Below, piece by piece: positions 1 to 10,800 of a DNA stretch of 64,000 nt. A program made the position numbers and the translations under genes. Positions within the stretch are counted from its first letter, which is position 1; every line of letters starts with the position of its first letter. The notes under the pieces were generated by a model. The model made no database searches, was not told where the DNA came from, and worked only from the letters and a program-made list of their open reading frames with translations. Origin of the DNA: Gemmatimonadota bacterium (GTDB lineage Bacteria > Gemmatimonadota > Gemmatimonadetes > Palauibacterales > Palauibacteraceae); the NCBI GenBank assembly GCA_963666735.1, contig OY762926.1, positions 1,856,001 to 1,920,000 on the forward strand, read 5' to 3'.

Positions 1-495
1 GCCGGCCGCCTTGCCGGCCAGCAGCGATGACGCGTCCGCCGCCGGGACCGGCAGGTCCCGCGCCGACAGCCGCTCCACCGTGAACGGGAGCTTCACCTGC
101 GGCGTCTCGCCCACCACTCCCGTGACCACGATGTCCTGGAGGCGTAGCGCGGTCTGCTCCACGGCGAAGTCCGCCGTCGCCACCTGGCCCGATTCTACCG
201 TCACCGTCTGCGACAGTTCGTGGTATCCGATCAGGCGGACCGTCACCGTCTGCTCGCCCGCCGGTACCCCTTCCAGCCGGTACGTGCCCTCCAGACCCGA
301 AAGGGTGCCGAGCACCGTTCCCGCAACGAACACCTGCGCGCCGGCCACCGGGGCCAGCGACTCCGCGTCGGTCACCGTCCCCGAGATCGCTCCCTGAGCG
401 AGCAGCGGGGCCGCGCCGATGAAGAGCCAGGCGCTCAGTGCCGTGGCGGTCAGCGCACCCGCGCGCCTCCGCCGTTCTGACAGCCTTAACAACAT
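1..495 (-). CDS. SusC/RagA-family TonB-dependent outer membrane receptor, copy 1 (N-terminal part; runs off the left edge)
   Basis: Manual translation from ATG at 495 (RBS GGGAGAG) gives MLLRLSERRRRAGALTATALSAWLFIGAAPLLAQGAISGTVTDAES...DASSLLAGKAAG, nearly identical to the N-termini of the two complete SusC genes. Confidence 0.9.
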   Translation of the reverse strand, partial: MLLRLSERRRRAGALTATALSAWLFIGAAPLLAQGAISGTVTDAESLAPVAGAQVFVAGTVLGTLSGLEGTYRLEGVPAGEQTVTVRLIGYHELSQTVTVESGQVATADFAVEQTALRLQDIVVTGVVGETPQVKLPFTVERLSARDLPVPAADASSLLAGKAAG

Positions 496-562
496 GGATC
501 ACTCTCCCTGCAGCAGTGAGATCCCTGCGGCCCGGGGGCCGCCACCTCTATCTGAAGTCATA

Positions 563-590
563 CCGGGAGGCGCCCGCAGACGCCCCCCGG
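563..590. terminator. GC-rich stem-loop between susD1 and susC1
   Basis: CCGGGAGGCG...CGCCCCCCGG imperfect inverted repeat just downstream of the susD1 stop; no clear U-tract. Confidence 0.4.
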
Positions 591-610
591 TCGTTTTACC
601 TCAAGTCACC

Positions 611-2338
611 TCAACGCACGACCAGATCCTCGCTGGCGCGCGCGGCCTTCTGGTGCGTCCGGAGCCGATGCAGCGTGAGTGCCGCTCTCCGCAACGCCGA
701 GTCGAGGCTGCCCGGAACGATCGACGGGGGCGTCGGATTCCCGGCCGCACCGCCCGCGCTCCCGCCGAAGGTGTAGATGTCCCGCTGCAGCACCTCGAGG
801 TCCGCGGCCGGCATCGGCAACTGCAGCGCCGTGCCCGCCGGCAGGATGTCGTTGCGGCGCCCATGCCAGAATTCGAGCCCGCCGAACACGTTGAACACGT
901 TCTCGAAGTGCTCGAACCAGATCGCGTCCCGCAGGTTTCCGCAGCGCCCCTGAAGGTCGTACCGCTTGCGCGGCGTGCATTCGCCGTTGGCGTTCGAGGG
1001 CACCGCATCCGTCGGATTCGATGGCGCCGGAGGCAATCCGGCCTCCATTCGCGTCACATTGATGATGTCCGCGGCTCCTCCGAAGTCGCCCATCCGGTAC
1101 AGGCCTTCGGCGATGTAGTGGTCCATCTCCTGGCTCGTCATCTCCTCCATGTCCCCGGACTCGCAGAAGTTGCAGCTCAGGGTGTAGTGGTCGTACCGCG
1201 CATCGCCGTAGTGCGATTGCCGGTACGTCCCGCGCGAGGCGATGAAGATGATGTTGGCGTTGTAGCGGTGGACCGGTCCCACGGAGGCGGCCGTGGGACT
1301 CACGCTCTCCCCCAGCGTCCCGTCCTCGTTCACGGCGGGGTAACGCCGGTCATCCCCGAAGGCCATCTTGCGCGCCGTCCGCTTCGAGGTCTCGAACGAG
1401 AGCCAGTCCTGGTACTGCCCGCTCTGGTCCGCCATGCCGGCCCAGTCCATGTGCATCCGGTGCCAGGTTCCGTTCTGCTGGGCCTTGGCTTTCAGGTCGT
1501 CGAACCAGGCCGTGTCCGACGAACGGTCTTCGCCGACGACGACGACATCCCGAATGCCCCCGCGGGCGTCCGCGATGATCTGGCTCCAGTTGGCTCCCGC
1601 CGCCTCCGCATCCGTTCGCGGCAGGTTCGCCGCGCAGCGCGCCTTCCAGTTCACCAGGTAATCGGCGAACTGGTTGTTGTCCCACGCATTGCCGTTGATC
1701 CACGTGTCCGGGAGCGAGAACGAAGCCGCCCGCACGGCGGACTCCGCCTCGTTCAGCTTGCCCATCGCGTAGCTGAACATGCTGTTGTAGTCGACCGTCT
1801 CGAGTTCGCCGGTGAGATCCGTCGTCTCGTCGACGATGAAGGCCTGGTCGTACCAGAGCGCGAGAAGGCAACTCAGCATCGCCTGAGTTGAAACGGCGAA
1901 GGCGCGGGCGCGGGCGTTCCGCTCGCCGCCCGGCCCGATCTCCAGACCCTCGTCGATGGCCCGGATCCCGTCGGACGCCGCCGCGATCCCTCCATAGGCG
2001 TCGTTCCAGTGCTCCGAGAACACGTACGACCAGCGGTAGGAAGTCGAGTTCGGCATCGGCTCGCGGGGCTCGCGGCCGAGGTCGTTCTGGCCGTTGTTGC
2101 CCCACGTCGCCGTGTGCCGGCTCGACATGTGGTTGAAGGAAAAGTTCGCGTTGTTCCAGTAGTGTCCCATCGCCCAGACCTGCTGATAGGAACTGGCGAT
2201 GAGCGACTCGACGTCATCCGGACTCGCCAGCGCGCGCGCCCGGTCCGGCTCGTTCGGGTTGTTGACCTGAAGGTCGCAGCCCGAAAAACCGACTCCGAGT
2301 GCCAGCGTGACGGCCGGCAGTGTCAGCTTCCTGTTCAT
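611..2338 (-). CDS. SusD/RagB-family outer membrane lipoprotein, copy 1
   Basis: 575-aa ORF, lipobox GFSG-C followed by DLQVNNPN; directly downstream of a SusC gene; SusD-like C-terminal motif EHFENVFNVFGGLEFWHGRR. Confidence 0.85.
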   Translation of the reverse strand: MNRKLTLPAVTLALGVGFSGCDLQVNNPNEPDRARALASPDDVESLIASSYQQVWAMGHYWNNANFSFNHMSSRHTATWGNNGQNDLGREPREPMPNSTSYRWSYVFSEHWNDAYGGIAAASDGIRAIDEGLEIGPGGERNARARAFAVSTQAMLSCLLALWYDQAFIVDETTDLTGELETVDYNSMFSYAMGKLNEAESAVRAASFSLPDTWINGNAWDNNQFADYLVNWKARCAANLPRTDAEAAGANWSQIIADARGGIRDVVVVGEDRSSDTAWFDDLKAKAQQNGTWHRMHMDWAGMADQSGQYQDWLSFETSKRTARKMAFGDDRRYPAVNEDGTLGESVSPTAASVGPVHRYNANIIFIASRGTYRQSHYGDARYDHYTLSCNFCESGDMEEMTSQEMDHYIAEGLYRMGDFGGAADIINVTRMEAGLPPAPSNPTDAVPSNANGECTPRKRYDLQGRCGNLRDAIWFEHFENVFNVFGGLEFWHGRRNDILPAGTALQLPMPAADLEVLQRDIYTFGGSAGGAAGNPTPPSIVPGSLDSALRRAALTLHRLRTHQKAARASEDLVVR

Positions 2339-2393
2339 GACCCCTCCATAAACTCAGTCCATGTCCGTCCGACCTCCGTTTCCCGGAGGGGCA

Positions 2394-5300
2394 TCAGAAC
2401 ACCAGTTCCGCCGAGAAGGTGAACGAGCGGAAGTTCGGATAGCCGAAGCTGTCGTACCGCTGCAGCGTGGAACTCGAGAGTTCGCCGCCGGTGCGGCCGA
2501 CCTCCGGGTCGTATCCCCGGTAGTCCGTGATCGTCAGCAGATTCCTGCCGATCGCGTTGAGGGTGATGCGCTCGAACATGTTGCCGAACAGAGCGTTGAC
2601 CGCGCTCTCGGGCAGCGTGTAGCCAAGTGCCAACTCGCGAACCTTGATCCAGTCGCCGTCCTCGCGGAACCAGGCGTTGTCGTTGTTCGAGAGATAGACG
2701 CCCGCGACGTAGCCGATGGACTTGTTGAACTCGAGCGGCTTGCCCGTCTGGTCCACGTCCTCGCCCCGGTCGTCCCGAAGCGCCCACTGCGCGGTGTTGT
2801 TGTAGATGGAGTGGCCCATCGACGACTCGACGAGGGCGTTCACGCTCAGGCTCTTGTAACGGAAGTTCGACCCGAACGACACGTTGAAGTCCGGCGTCGT
2901 GTTCCCGAACGGGAGCACGTCGGTGAGCTGGCACTTCTCCATGTAGTTGCCGGGGTTCTTCGCCACGCACGCCGGCGAGTAATCCAGAACCTTGATCGGA
3001 ATGCCCCAGAGGTATGTGGCCTCGCCACCGTCGGCCGTGGGCACCCTGCCATCGGTGCCCCAGAGCTTGCTGCTGAAGCCCTCGGTGTAGTCGGCGCCGC
3101 CCGTCCACACGAGGATGCCGTCGTCGTTTACCTGGAAGTTGGCGTTGCAGTCGGACGCCGCGATGCCGACGGGCTCGAGGTCCGCGCAGGTGGTCGCCAG
3201 CACGTGACCCCACATCTCGCCCAACGGACGCCCTTCGGCGACGAAGAAAGTCCCCTGGCGGTAGGCGGGAACGTCCAGACGCGTGATCTCCTGGCGCGTT
3301 CGATCCCAGTTCAGCCGGAACTGCAGGCCCATCTCCTGCGTGTCGATCGGGGCGTAGCGCAGCGACGCCTCGTAGGTCTTCGCCGTGATCTCGCCCGCGT
3401 TCTGCCACTGGCTCGAGAAGCCCACGAACGCCGGCTGCGGCACGCGCAGCAACTGGTCGTCCGTCGTCTGCCACGCATAGGTCAGGTCGAGACCGAGGTT
3501 ATCGAAGAACACGAAGTTGATTCCCGCTTCGCGCTCCGTCGTGAATTCCGGCTTGAGCGCCGTGTTCCCCAGGTTGACGGGGAAAATCGCTCCGCCCGAG
3601 ATGCCGAACGTCTCGTACTGCGCCTGGAAGTTCGGCCGCCCGCCGGCCGTCCCCAGCGAGAAACGCAGCTTCAGTTCATCGATCGCATCGATGCCCCAGA
3701 AGTCCTCCTGCGCGATGCGCCAGGCGAACGAGCCGCGGTAGTACGTCTGCCACCGCTCGTCCGGCCCGAAGAGCGAGGAGCCGTCGCGCCGGATGAGGCC
3801 GTCGACGATGTAGCGGCCCCGGTAGTCCATGCTCGCGATGCCGAACAGCCCTTCCGCCTTGATGCTCCGTACGGAGTTGCTGCCGGTCGTCGAGCCGATG
3901 ATCGCGCCGAAGTTCGGCACGTCCTGCACCGAGAACTGGCTGCCGAACACACCGTTCGAACCGAAGTTCTGGTCCTCGATCAGGTAGCGGGCCTTCCCGC
4001 GTACGGTGAGGTCCCCGTCCATGAAGGTCTGGGTGGCACCAAGGGTCACCGAAGCGTTGATCGCCTCGTCCTCGAAGTTGCCCTCGCGCAGACTGCCGCC
4101 GGTGGGCCCTTCCCGAGTCTTCTCGTTCTTCGGGTAGAGTTCGTAATCGTAGAAGTCCGTCCGGTCGAACGATGCATTCGCCTCGAGGGTCAACCAGTCG
4201 ATGCCCGCCGGCGAGTAGTTGAGGTCGACCGACCCCATCGTCCGCGTTCGCTGGTCCCGGCTGTCGACGATCGCGAGCAGATAGAGCGGGTTGCTGGAGA
4301 TGGACTGCGTGTCCGCATCGATTCGCGGGTATCCGTCGACCGGATCGATCTGCGCCAGGTCGACGGCCGGCGACGCGAAGGTCAACTGGCTGAAGGCCCC
4401 GTTCTCGAGCGCCTTGTCGTCCTGGGTGGCGCGCGAGTAGAACCCGCTCGCCGCGATGTCCAGGTCGCCGAAGCGCGTGTCGACGTTCAGACGCACGTTC
4501 TGCCGCTCGTACCCCTCATCGTCCGGCAGCCCCACGTCGAAGGCCGTGAGCCCCTGAGCGACGCGGTCCGTATTCAGCGCGCCGAGGTTGTCGATGCAGA
4601 CGGTGCAGCGCACGACGCCACCCTCCCGGAACTGGTCCACGCTCACCCGGAAGCTGGACTCGCCGAAACGGCCCGTGACCGCCCCGTAGGCATCGATCGT
4701 CTCGCCGGGATCGAAGAACGTGTCCATGTGGTCGAACAGCTCATGCGGGAAGGCCTGGTTCGCGAAAGAAGTGAAGGAATCGCCGGGCTCGTCAGGATTG
4801 ATCTGGTTCGCGAGTACCGGAGCGCCGAAGCCGGGACGGCTGAGGTCGGTGAAGGCGACTTCGTTGCCGTCGGAGTCGATGAACAGCGTTCCCGCCGCGT
4901 TCATCTGGTACGGGTGGGAACGCGTGAGCCCCACGTCGCCGACGAGCTGGCTGATGCCGTACTCGCCGCGCGCCAGGATGTTCAGCGTGTTCGTCTGCAG
5001 ACCCGTGCCGCGCTTCGTCGTGATCTCGATCACGCCGTTCTGCGCCCGCGAGCCGTACAGCGAAGCCGCCGCCGCGCCCTTCACGATCTCCACGTGGTCG
5101 ATGTCCAGCGATCCGATGTCGGAGAGCGAGGCCGATTCCGACTGGATCACGCCGTCGATCACGATCAGCGGCGATAGCGATCGACCGGATGAATTGATGG
5201 AGGTCGGACCCCGCAGCATGATCGAGGCCTCGGCGCCGGGCTGGCCGGAACCGGAAACGACCGATACGCCCGCCGCCTTCGCCGTCAGCAGCGAGGAGAC

Positions 5301-5762
5301 ATCGGCCGCCGGGACGGGGAAGTTCTGCGCCGACAGCCGCTCCACCGTGAACGGGAGTTTCACCTGGGGCGTCTCGCCCACAACCCCGGTCACGACGATG
5401 TCCTGGAGGCGGAGAGCCGTCTGCTCCACGCTGAAGTCCGCGGTCGCCACCTGACCGGACGCCACCGTCACCGTCTGCGACAGCTCACGGTAGCCGATGA
5501 GGCGGACCGACACGGTCTGTTCGCCCGCCGGCACCCCCTCCAGCCGATATGTGCCTTCCAAACCCGACAGCGTACCGATCACCGTTCCCGCAACGAACAC
5601 CTGCGCGCCGGCCACCGGGGCCAGCGACTCCGCATCGGTCACCGTCCCGGAGATCGCTCCCTGAGCGATCAGCGGGGCCGCGCCGATAAAGAGCCAGGCG
5701 CTCAATGCCGTGGCGGCCAACGCGCTCGCGCGTCTCCGCCGTTCTGACGACGTGTACATCAT
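2394..5762 (-). CDS. SusC/RagA-family TonB-dependent receptor, copy 2
   Basis: Signal peptide, carboxypeptidase-regulatory-like N-domain, plug motifs PLIVIDG and VEIVKGAAAASLYGSRAQNGVIEITTKRG, C-terminal YPNFRSFTFSAELVF; start moved to ATG 5762 by analogy with the paralogs. Confidence 0.93.
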   Translation of the reverse strand: MMYTSSERRRRASALAATALSAWLFIGAAPLIAQGAISGTVTDAESLAPVAGAQVFVAGTVIGTLSGLEGTYRLEGVPAGEQTVSVRLIGYRELSQTVTVASGQVATADFSVEQTALRLQDIVVTGVVGETPQVKLPFTVERLSAQNFPVPAADVSSLLTAKAAGVSVVSGSGQPGAEASIMLRGPTSINSSGRSLSPLIVIDGVIQSESASLSDIGSLDIDHVEIVKGAAAASLYGSRAQNGVIEITTKRGTGLQTNTLNILARGEYGISQLVGDVGLTRSHPYQMNAAGTLFIDSDGNEVAFTDLSRPGFGAPVLANQINPDEPGDSFTSFANQAFPHELFDHMDTFFDPGETIDAYGAVTGRFGESSFRVSVDQFREGGVVRCTVCIDNLGALNTDRVAQGLTAFDVGLPDDEGYERQNVRLNVDTRFGDLDIAASGFYSRATQDDKALENGAFSQLTFASPAVDLAQIDPVDGYPRIDADTQSISSNPLYLLAIVDSRDQRTRTMGSVDLNYSPAGIDWLTLEANASFDRTDFYDYELYPKNEKTREGPTGGSLREGNFEDEAINASVTLGATQTFMDGDLTVRGKARYLIEDQNFGSNGVFGSQFSVQDVPNFGAIIGSTTGSNSVRSIKAEGLFGIASMDYRGRYIVDGLIRRDGSSLFGPDERWQTYYRGSFAWRIAQEDFWGIDAIDELKLRFSLGTAGGRPNFQAQYETFGISGGAIFPVNLGNTALKPEFTTEREAGINFVFFDNLGLDLTYAWQTTDDQLLRVPQPAFVGFSSQWQNAGEITAKTYEASLRYAPIDTQEMGLQFRLNWDRTRQEITRLDVPAYRQGTFFVAEGRPLGEMWGHVLATTCADLEPVGIAASDCNANFQVNDDGILVWTGGADYTEGFSSKLWGTDGRVPTADGGEATYLWGIPIKVLDYSPACVAKNPGNYMEKCQLTDVLPFGNTTPDFNVSFGSNFRYKSLSVNALVESSMGHSIYNNTAQWALRDDRGEDVDQTGKPLEFNKSIGYVAGVYLSNNDNAWFREDGDWIKVRELALGYTLPESAVNALFGNMFERITLNAIGRNLLTITDYRGYDPEVGRTGGELSSSTLQRYDSFGYPNFRSFTFSAELVF

Positions 5763-5906
5763 GGATTGCCCTTCCCCTAACGTGAAACCGTCGGCGACCC
5801 CCAACCCTCTCCCGCCCGTTACAACCCGTTAAAACGGAATGATCGGGAGCCGCAGTCCTGCGACCCCCGATCATTTTTTGTAAGCATGCGCCTCGTCGTT
5901 AAGCGC

Positions 5907-5945
5907 ACGCCTCCCGGCACCGTCACTGACGGCGCCGGGAGGCGT
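5907..5945. terminator. Long stem-loop downstream of susD2
   Basis: ACGCCTCCCGGCACCGTCA / TGACGGCGCCGGGAGGCGT inverted repeat with one mismatch; no U-tract. Confidence 0.55.
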
Positions 5946-6047
5946 CCGTGCTCCATGGAAGGGCCGTCTATCCAACCACCCGCCTTCCTGGTTCAGAACC
6001 TTCGGGGAGAACCATCCCCGCCCGGGCCTTGCCGGGCTGCTGCCTTC

Positions 6048-7772
6048 TTACCGAACTACGAGATCCCGCGCCTTGCGGTCAGCGGCCTGGCTGGCCTTGA
6101 TCCGCTCAAGCGCGTAAGCGGCCCGCTCCAGTGCGGAGTCGAGGCTGCCGGGAACCACGCTCGGTGTCGGATCGCCGGCCGAACTCGGCCCGCCACCGCC
6201 GAACGTGTAGATGTCGCGCTGAAGCACTTCGAGGTCGGCGGCCGGCAGCGGCAACTGCAGCGCCGTACCCGCCGGCAGGATGTCATTGCGACGCCCGTGC
6301 CAGAACTCGAGTCCGCCGAACACGTTGAACACGGTTTCGAAGTGCTCGAACCACATTGCATCCCGCAGGTTGCCGCAGCGGCCCTGCACGTCGTACCGCT
6401 TCCGCGGCGTGCACTGGCCCGCACCGTTGGAGGGCACGGCATCCGTCGGGTTCGATGGAGCTGCGGGCAGCCCGGCCTCCATCCGCGTCTTGTTCACGAT
6501 CTCCGCGGCACCCGCGAAGTTGCCCATGCGGTAGTGCGCCTCGGCGATGTAGCCATCCATCTCCTGCGTCGTCATGTGCTCCATGTCGCCGAAGAAGCAG
6601 AAGCTGCAGCTGAGCGTGTAGGCGTCATACCGCATGTCGCCGTAGTGCGACTGCCGGTACGTGCCGCGCTCAGGCCGGAAAATGATCGTCGAGTTGTAAC
6701 GCGACCGCGGACCGAAGGACGCGACCGATGGGCTTACGACCTCCGACGTGGCGCCGTTATCGTTGGTCGGCGGGAACCGCATGTCGTCGCCGAATTCCAT
6801 CCGGCGCGCGGTGCGCTGCTGCGTCGGGGTCGACAGCCAGTCCTGGTACTCCCCGGTCTGGTCGGCCATGCCTACCCAGTCCATGTGCATCCGGTGCCAG
6901 GTTTCGTTCTCCTGCATGAGCGTCTTGAGGCCGTCGAACCACGGGCTGTCCGACGAGGAGTCCTCCCCTGTGAGGACGACATCGCCGATGCCATTCTGAG
7001 CGTCCGAGATGATCTTGCTCCAGTTGGCCCCGGCGGCTTCGGCGTCGGTCCGCGGCATGTTCGCCGCGCAGCGCGCCTTCCAGCCCACGAGGTAGTCCGC
7101 CCACTGGTTGTTGTCCCAGCCGTTCCCGTTGATCCAGGTCTCCTCGAGCGTGAACGATGCCGCTCGGGCCTGCGACTCCGCCGCGTCCAGCTTGCCCATG
7201 GCGTAGCTGAACATGGCGTTGTAGTCGACCGTCTCGAGTTCGCCGCCCAGGTCCGTCGTCTCGTCGACGATGAAGCCCTGGTCGTACCACAGCGCAAGCA
7301 GGCACGAGAGGATCGCCTGATTGCCCGCGGCGAATGCGAGCGCACGCGCGTTTCGCTCGCCACCGGGCCCGATCTCGAGACCCGCCTCGATGGCTCGGAT
7401 CCCGTCCGACGCCCCCGAGATTCCGCCGTAGGCGTCACCCCAGTTGGCCTCGAAAACGTAGGCCCAGCGATACGAAGGGGAGTTCGGCAGGGACTCGCGG
7501 GGCTCACGACCGAGGTCGTTCATCCCCATGTTGCCCCATGTCGCCGTGTGGCGGCTGGCCATATGGCCGAACGCGAAGTTTGCGTTGTTCCAGTAATGTC
7601 CGATTTCCCAGACCTTGATGAAGGAGCTCGCAATGAGCGTTTCCACATCGTCCGGGCCGGCCAGGGCGCGAGCGCGATCCGGCTGGTTCGGGTTGTCGAC
7701 CTGCAGGTCGCAGCCCGAAAAGCCGACCGTCAGCGCCAGCGCAAAGGCCGGTAGCGTCAGCTTCCTATTCAT
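6048..7772 (-). CDS. SusD/RagB-family lipoprotein, copy 2
   Basis: MNRKLTLPAFALALTVGFSG-C lipobox; close paralog of 611-2338. Confidence 0.85.
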   Translation of the reverse strand: MNRKLTLPAFALALTVGFSGCDLQVDNPNQPDRARALAGPDDVETLIASSFIKVWEIGHYWNNANFAFGHMASRHTATWGNMGMNDLGREPRESLPNSPSYRWAYVFEANWGDAYGGISGASDGIRAIEAGLEIGPGGERNARALAFAAGNQAILSCLLALWYDQGFIVDETTDLGGELETVDYNAMFSYAMGKLDAAESQARAASFTLEETWINGNGWDNNQWADYLVGWKARCAANMPRTDAEAAGANWSKIISDAQNGIGDVVLTGEDSSSDSPWFDGLKTLMQENETWHRMHMDWVGMADQTGEYQDWLSTPTQQRTARRMEFGDDMRFPPTNDNGATSEVVSPSVASFGPRSRYNSTIIFRPERGTYRQSHYGDMRYDAYTLSCSFCFFGDMEHMTTQEMDGYIAEAHYRMGNFAGAAEIVNKTRMEAGLPAAPSNPTDAVPSNGAGQCTPRKRYDVQGRCGNLRDAMWFEHFETVFNVFGGLEFWHGRRNDILPAGTALQLPLPAADLEVLQRDIYTFGGGGPSSAGDPTPSVVPGSLDSALERAAYALERIKASQAADRKARDLVVR

Positions 7773-7879
7773 GGTCTCTCCGTTGTTCAATCGGTATCTC
7801 CCGGTCCCATCCGTGGCGGGTAACGAGGCGGGGGGACGCCCTCCGGAGAGGGCGCCCCGCCACTGCCACGGGCAAGGAA

Positions 7880-10800
7880 TCAGAATACCAGTTCAGCTGA
7901 GAAGGTGAAGGTCCGGAAGTTCGGATAACCGAAGCTATCCACTCGGTTCAGCGCTGCATTCTGAAGCGATCCGGTCGCCCGTCCGACCTCCGGGTCGTAG
8001 CCGCGATAGTCCGTGATCGTGAACAGATTGCGACCGATCACATTGAGCGTAACCCGATCGAAGATGTCGCTGAACAGACTCTCGACCATGTTCTGGGGCA
8101 GCGTGTAGCCGAGCGAAAGCTCGCGCAGCTTGACCCAACTGCCGTCCTCGCGGAACCAGGAGTTGTCGGCGTTGACCGAGTAGATCGCGGAGGCATAGCC
8201 CACGGGCTTGTTGTGCTCGAGCGGTTTGCCCGTCTGGTCCGTGTCCTCACCCCGCAGTTCGCGAAGCGACCACTGGGCCGTGCCGTTGTAGATCGACTGG
8301 CCCTGCGAGGTCTCGAGGAGCGCGTTCACGCTGAGACCATGGTACCGGAAGTTCGTCGCGAAGGACGCGTTGAAGTCCGGCGTCGTGTTCCCGAACGGCA
8401 GGAATTCGGTCAGCGTGCACATCTCCTCGTAGTTGCCGGGATTCTTCGACACGCACGCCGGCGAGTAGTCCTGGACCTTGATCGGGAGACCCCAGTCGTA
8501 CGAGTTGCTTCCGTCCGCCGTGGCGACCTCGACCTGCGTTCCCCACAGCTTCTTGCTGAAGCCTTCCGTGAAGGCGGCGCCGCCCGTCGGGACGAGGAGG
8601 CCGTCATCGTTCACCTGGAAGTTGGCGCTGCAGTCGGAAGCGGACACGCCGATCGGCGCCAGATCCGCACAACTGGTGGCCCACAGTTCGCCCCACAGCT
8701 CGCCCAGCGGGCGACCCTCGGAGACGAAGAAGTTGCCGCCCTGTGTGAAGTCGGGCACGTCGAGACGCGTGATCTCCTGCTGGGTCCGGTCCCAGTTCAG
8801 CCGGAACTGGAGGCCCAGGTCCTGCTCGTCGATCGCCGCGTAGCGCAGTGACACCTCGTACGTCTCGGCCGCGATCTCGCCCGCGTTCTGCCACTGGCTC
8901 GAGAAGCCCACGAAGGCCGGCTGCGGAACCTGCAGGAGCTGCTGGTCCGTCGTCTGCCACGCGTAGGTCAGATCGAGACCCAGATTGTCGAAGAACACGA
9001 AGTTCAAGCCCGCCTCTTTCTCGGACGTGAACTCCGGCTTCAACGCACGGTTCCCGAGGTTGATCGGGAAGATCGCCCCCGCCGAGACGCCGAACGTCTC
9101 GTACTGGGCGGTGAATCTCGGCCGTCCGCCCGCCGTGCCCAGCGAGAAGCGCAGCTTCAGTTCATCGATCGCGTCGATGTTCCAGAAGTCCTCCTGAGAG
9201 ACCCGCCACGCAACGGAGCCGCGGTAGTAGGTCTGCCACCGCTCATCGGGGCCGAACAGCGAGGAGCCATCGCGCCGGATCAGACCGTCGAGGATGTAGC
9301 GGCCGAGGTAGTCGGCGCTCGCGATCCCGAACAGTCCCTCCGACTTGATCCCTTCGGTCAGGTTTTCCCCCGACGTCTCGCCAATGATCGCGCCGAAGTT
9401 CGGCACGTCCTGCACCGAGAACCGGCTCCCGAACACGCCGTTCGACTCGAAGACCTGGTCCTCGATCAGGTAGCGGGCCTTACCGCGCACCGTGAGATCG
9501 CCGTCCATGAACGTCTGGCTCGCACCCAGCGTCACCGACGCGTTGACCGCCTCGTTTACGGAGTTGCGCTCTTCCAGGCTGCCGCCCGTAAAGTCGCCGG
9601 TGCCGCCACCGCCGGCCGTGCGCTCGTTCTTGGGTCGGATCGTGTAGTCGCTCCAGTCCGTCCGGTCGAACGATGCGTTTGCCTCGAGCGTCAGCCAGTC
9701 GATGGCCGCGGGCGAGAAGTTGAGGTCGACGGAACCCATCGTCCGCGTGCGCTCGTCCCGGCTGTCATTGACGGCCAGCAGGTAGAGCGGGTTGGGCTCG
9801 ATTGACTGCGGATCCGCGTTGAGGTCCGGATACCCGTCCGTCGGGTCGACCTGCGAGATATCGAGCGCCGGGGACATGAAGGTCAGCCGGGAGAAGGCGC
9901 CCGTCGATACGGCCTTGTCGTCCTGGTCGGAGCGCGAATAGAAGCCGCTCGCCGCGATATCCAGGTCGCCGAAGCGCGTGTCGACGTTCAGACGCACGTT
10001 CTGCCGCTCGAAGCCCTCGTCGTTCGGAACACCGACATCGAAGGCCGTGAGACCCTGCGCGACACGATCCGCGTTCAGCGTGGCGAGATTGTCGATGCAG
10101 ACGGAACAACTCACGACGCCGCCTTCGCGGAACTGGTTCACGCTCACCCGGAAGCTCGACTCGCCGAAACGGCCCGTCACGGCGCCGTAGAGGTCCATCG
10201 TCTCGCCGGGATCGAAGAACGTGTCCATGTGGTCGAACAGTTCGTTCGGGAACGCCTGGTTTGCGAACGCGGTCTGCGGCGTCGCGGGATCGCCCGGGGC
10301 GATCTGGTTGTAGAGCCGGGCGGAACCGAAGCCGGGGCGGTTCAGGTCGCCGAAGTCGACCTCGTTGCCCTCGCTGTCGATGAACTTCGTGCCGGACGCG
10401 TTCATCTCGTACGGATGCGAACGCACCAGGCCGACGTCACCGACGAGCTGGCCGAAGCCGTACTCGCCGCGGCCGGTGATGTTCAGCGAATTCGTCTGCA
10501 GGCCCGTCCCTCGCTTCGTCGAGATCTCGATCACGCCGTTCTGCGCCCGCGAACCGTACAGCGAGGCCGCCGCCGCGCCCTTCACGATCTCCACGTGGTC
10601 GATGTCCAGCGCGCCCACGTCCGAGAGCGACGCGCCCTCGGCCTGGATCACGCCGTCGATCACGATCAGCGGCGACATGCTCCGGCCGGCGGAGTTGATC
10701 GACGTCGGGCCGCGCAGCGTGATCGTGGCTTCCGAGCCGGGCTGACCCGAAGCCGAGATGACCGATACGCCGGCCGCCTTACCCGCCAGCAGCGAGGAGG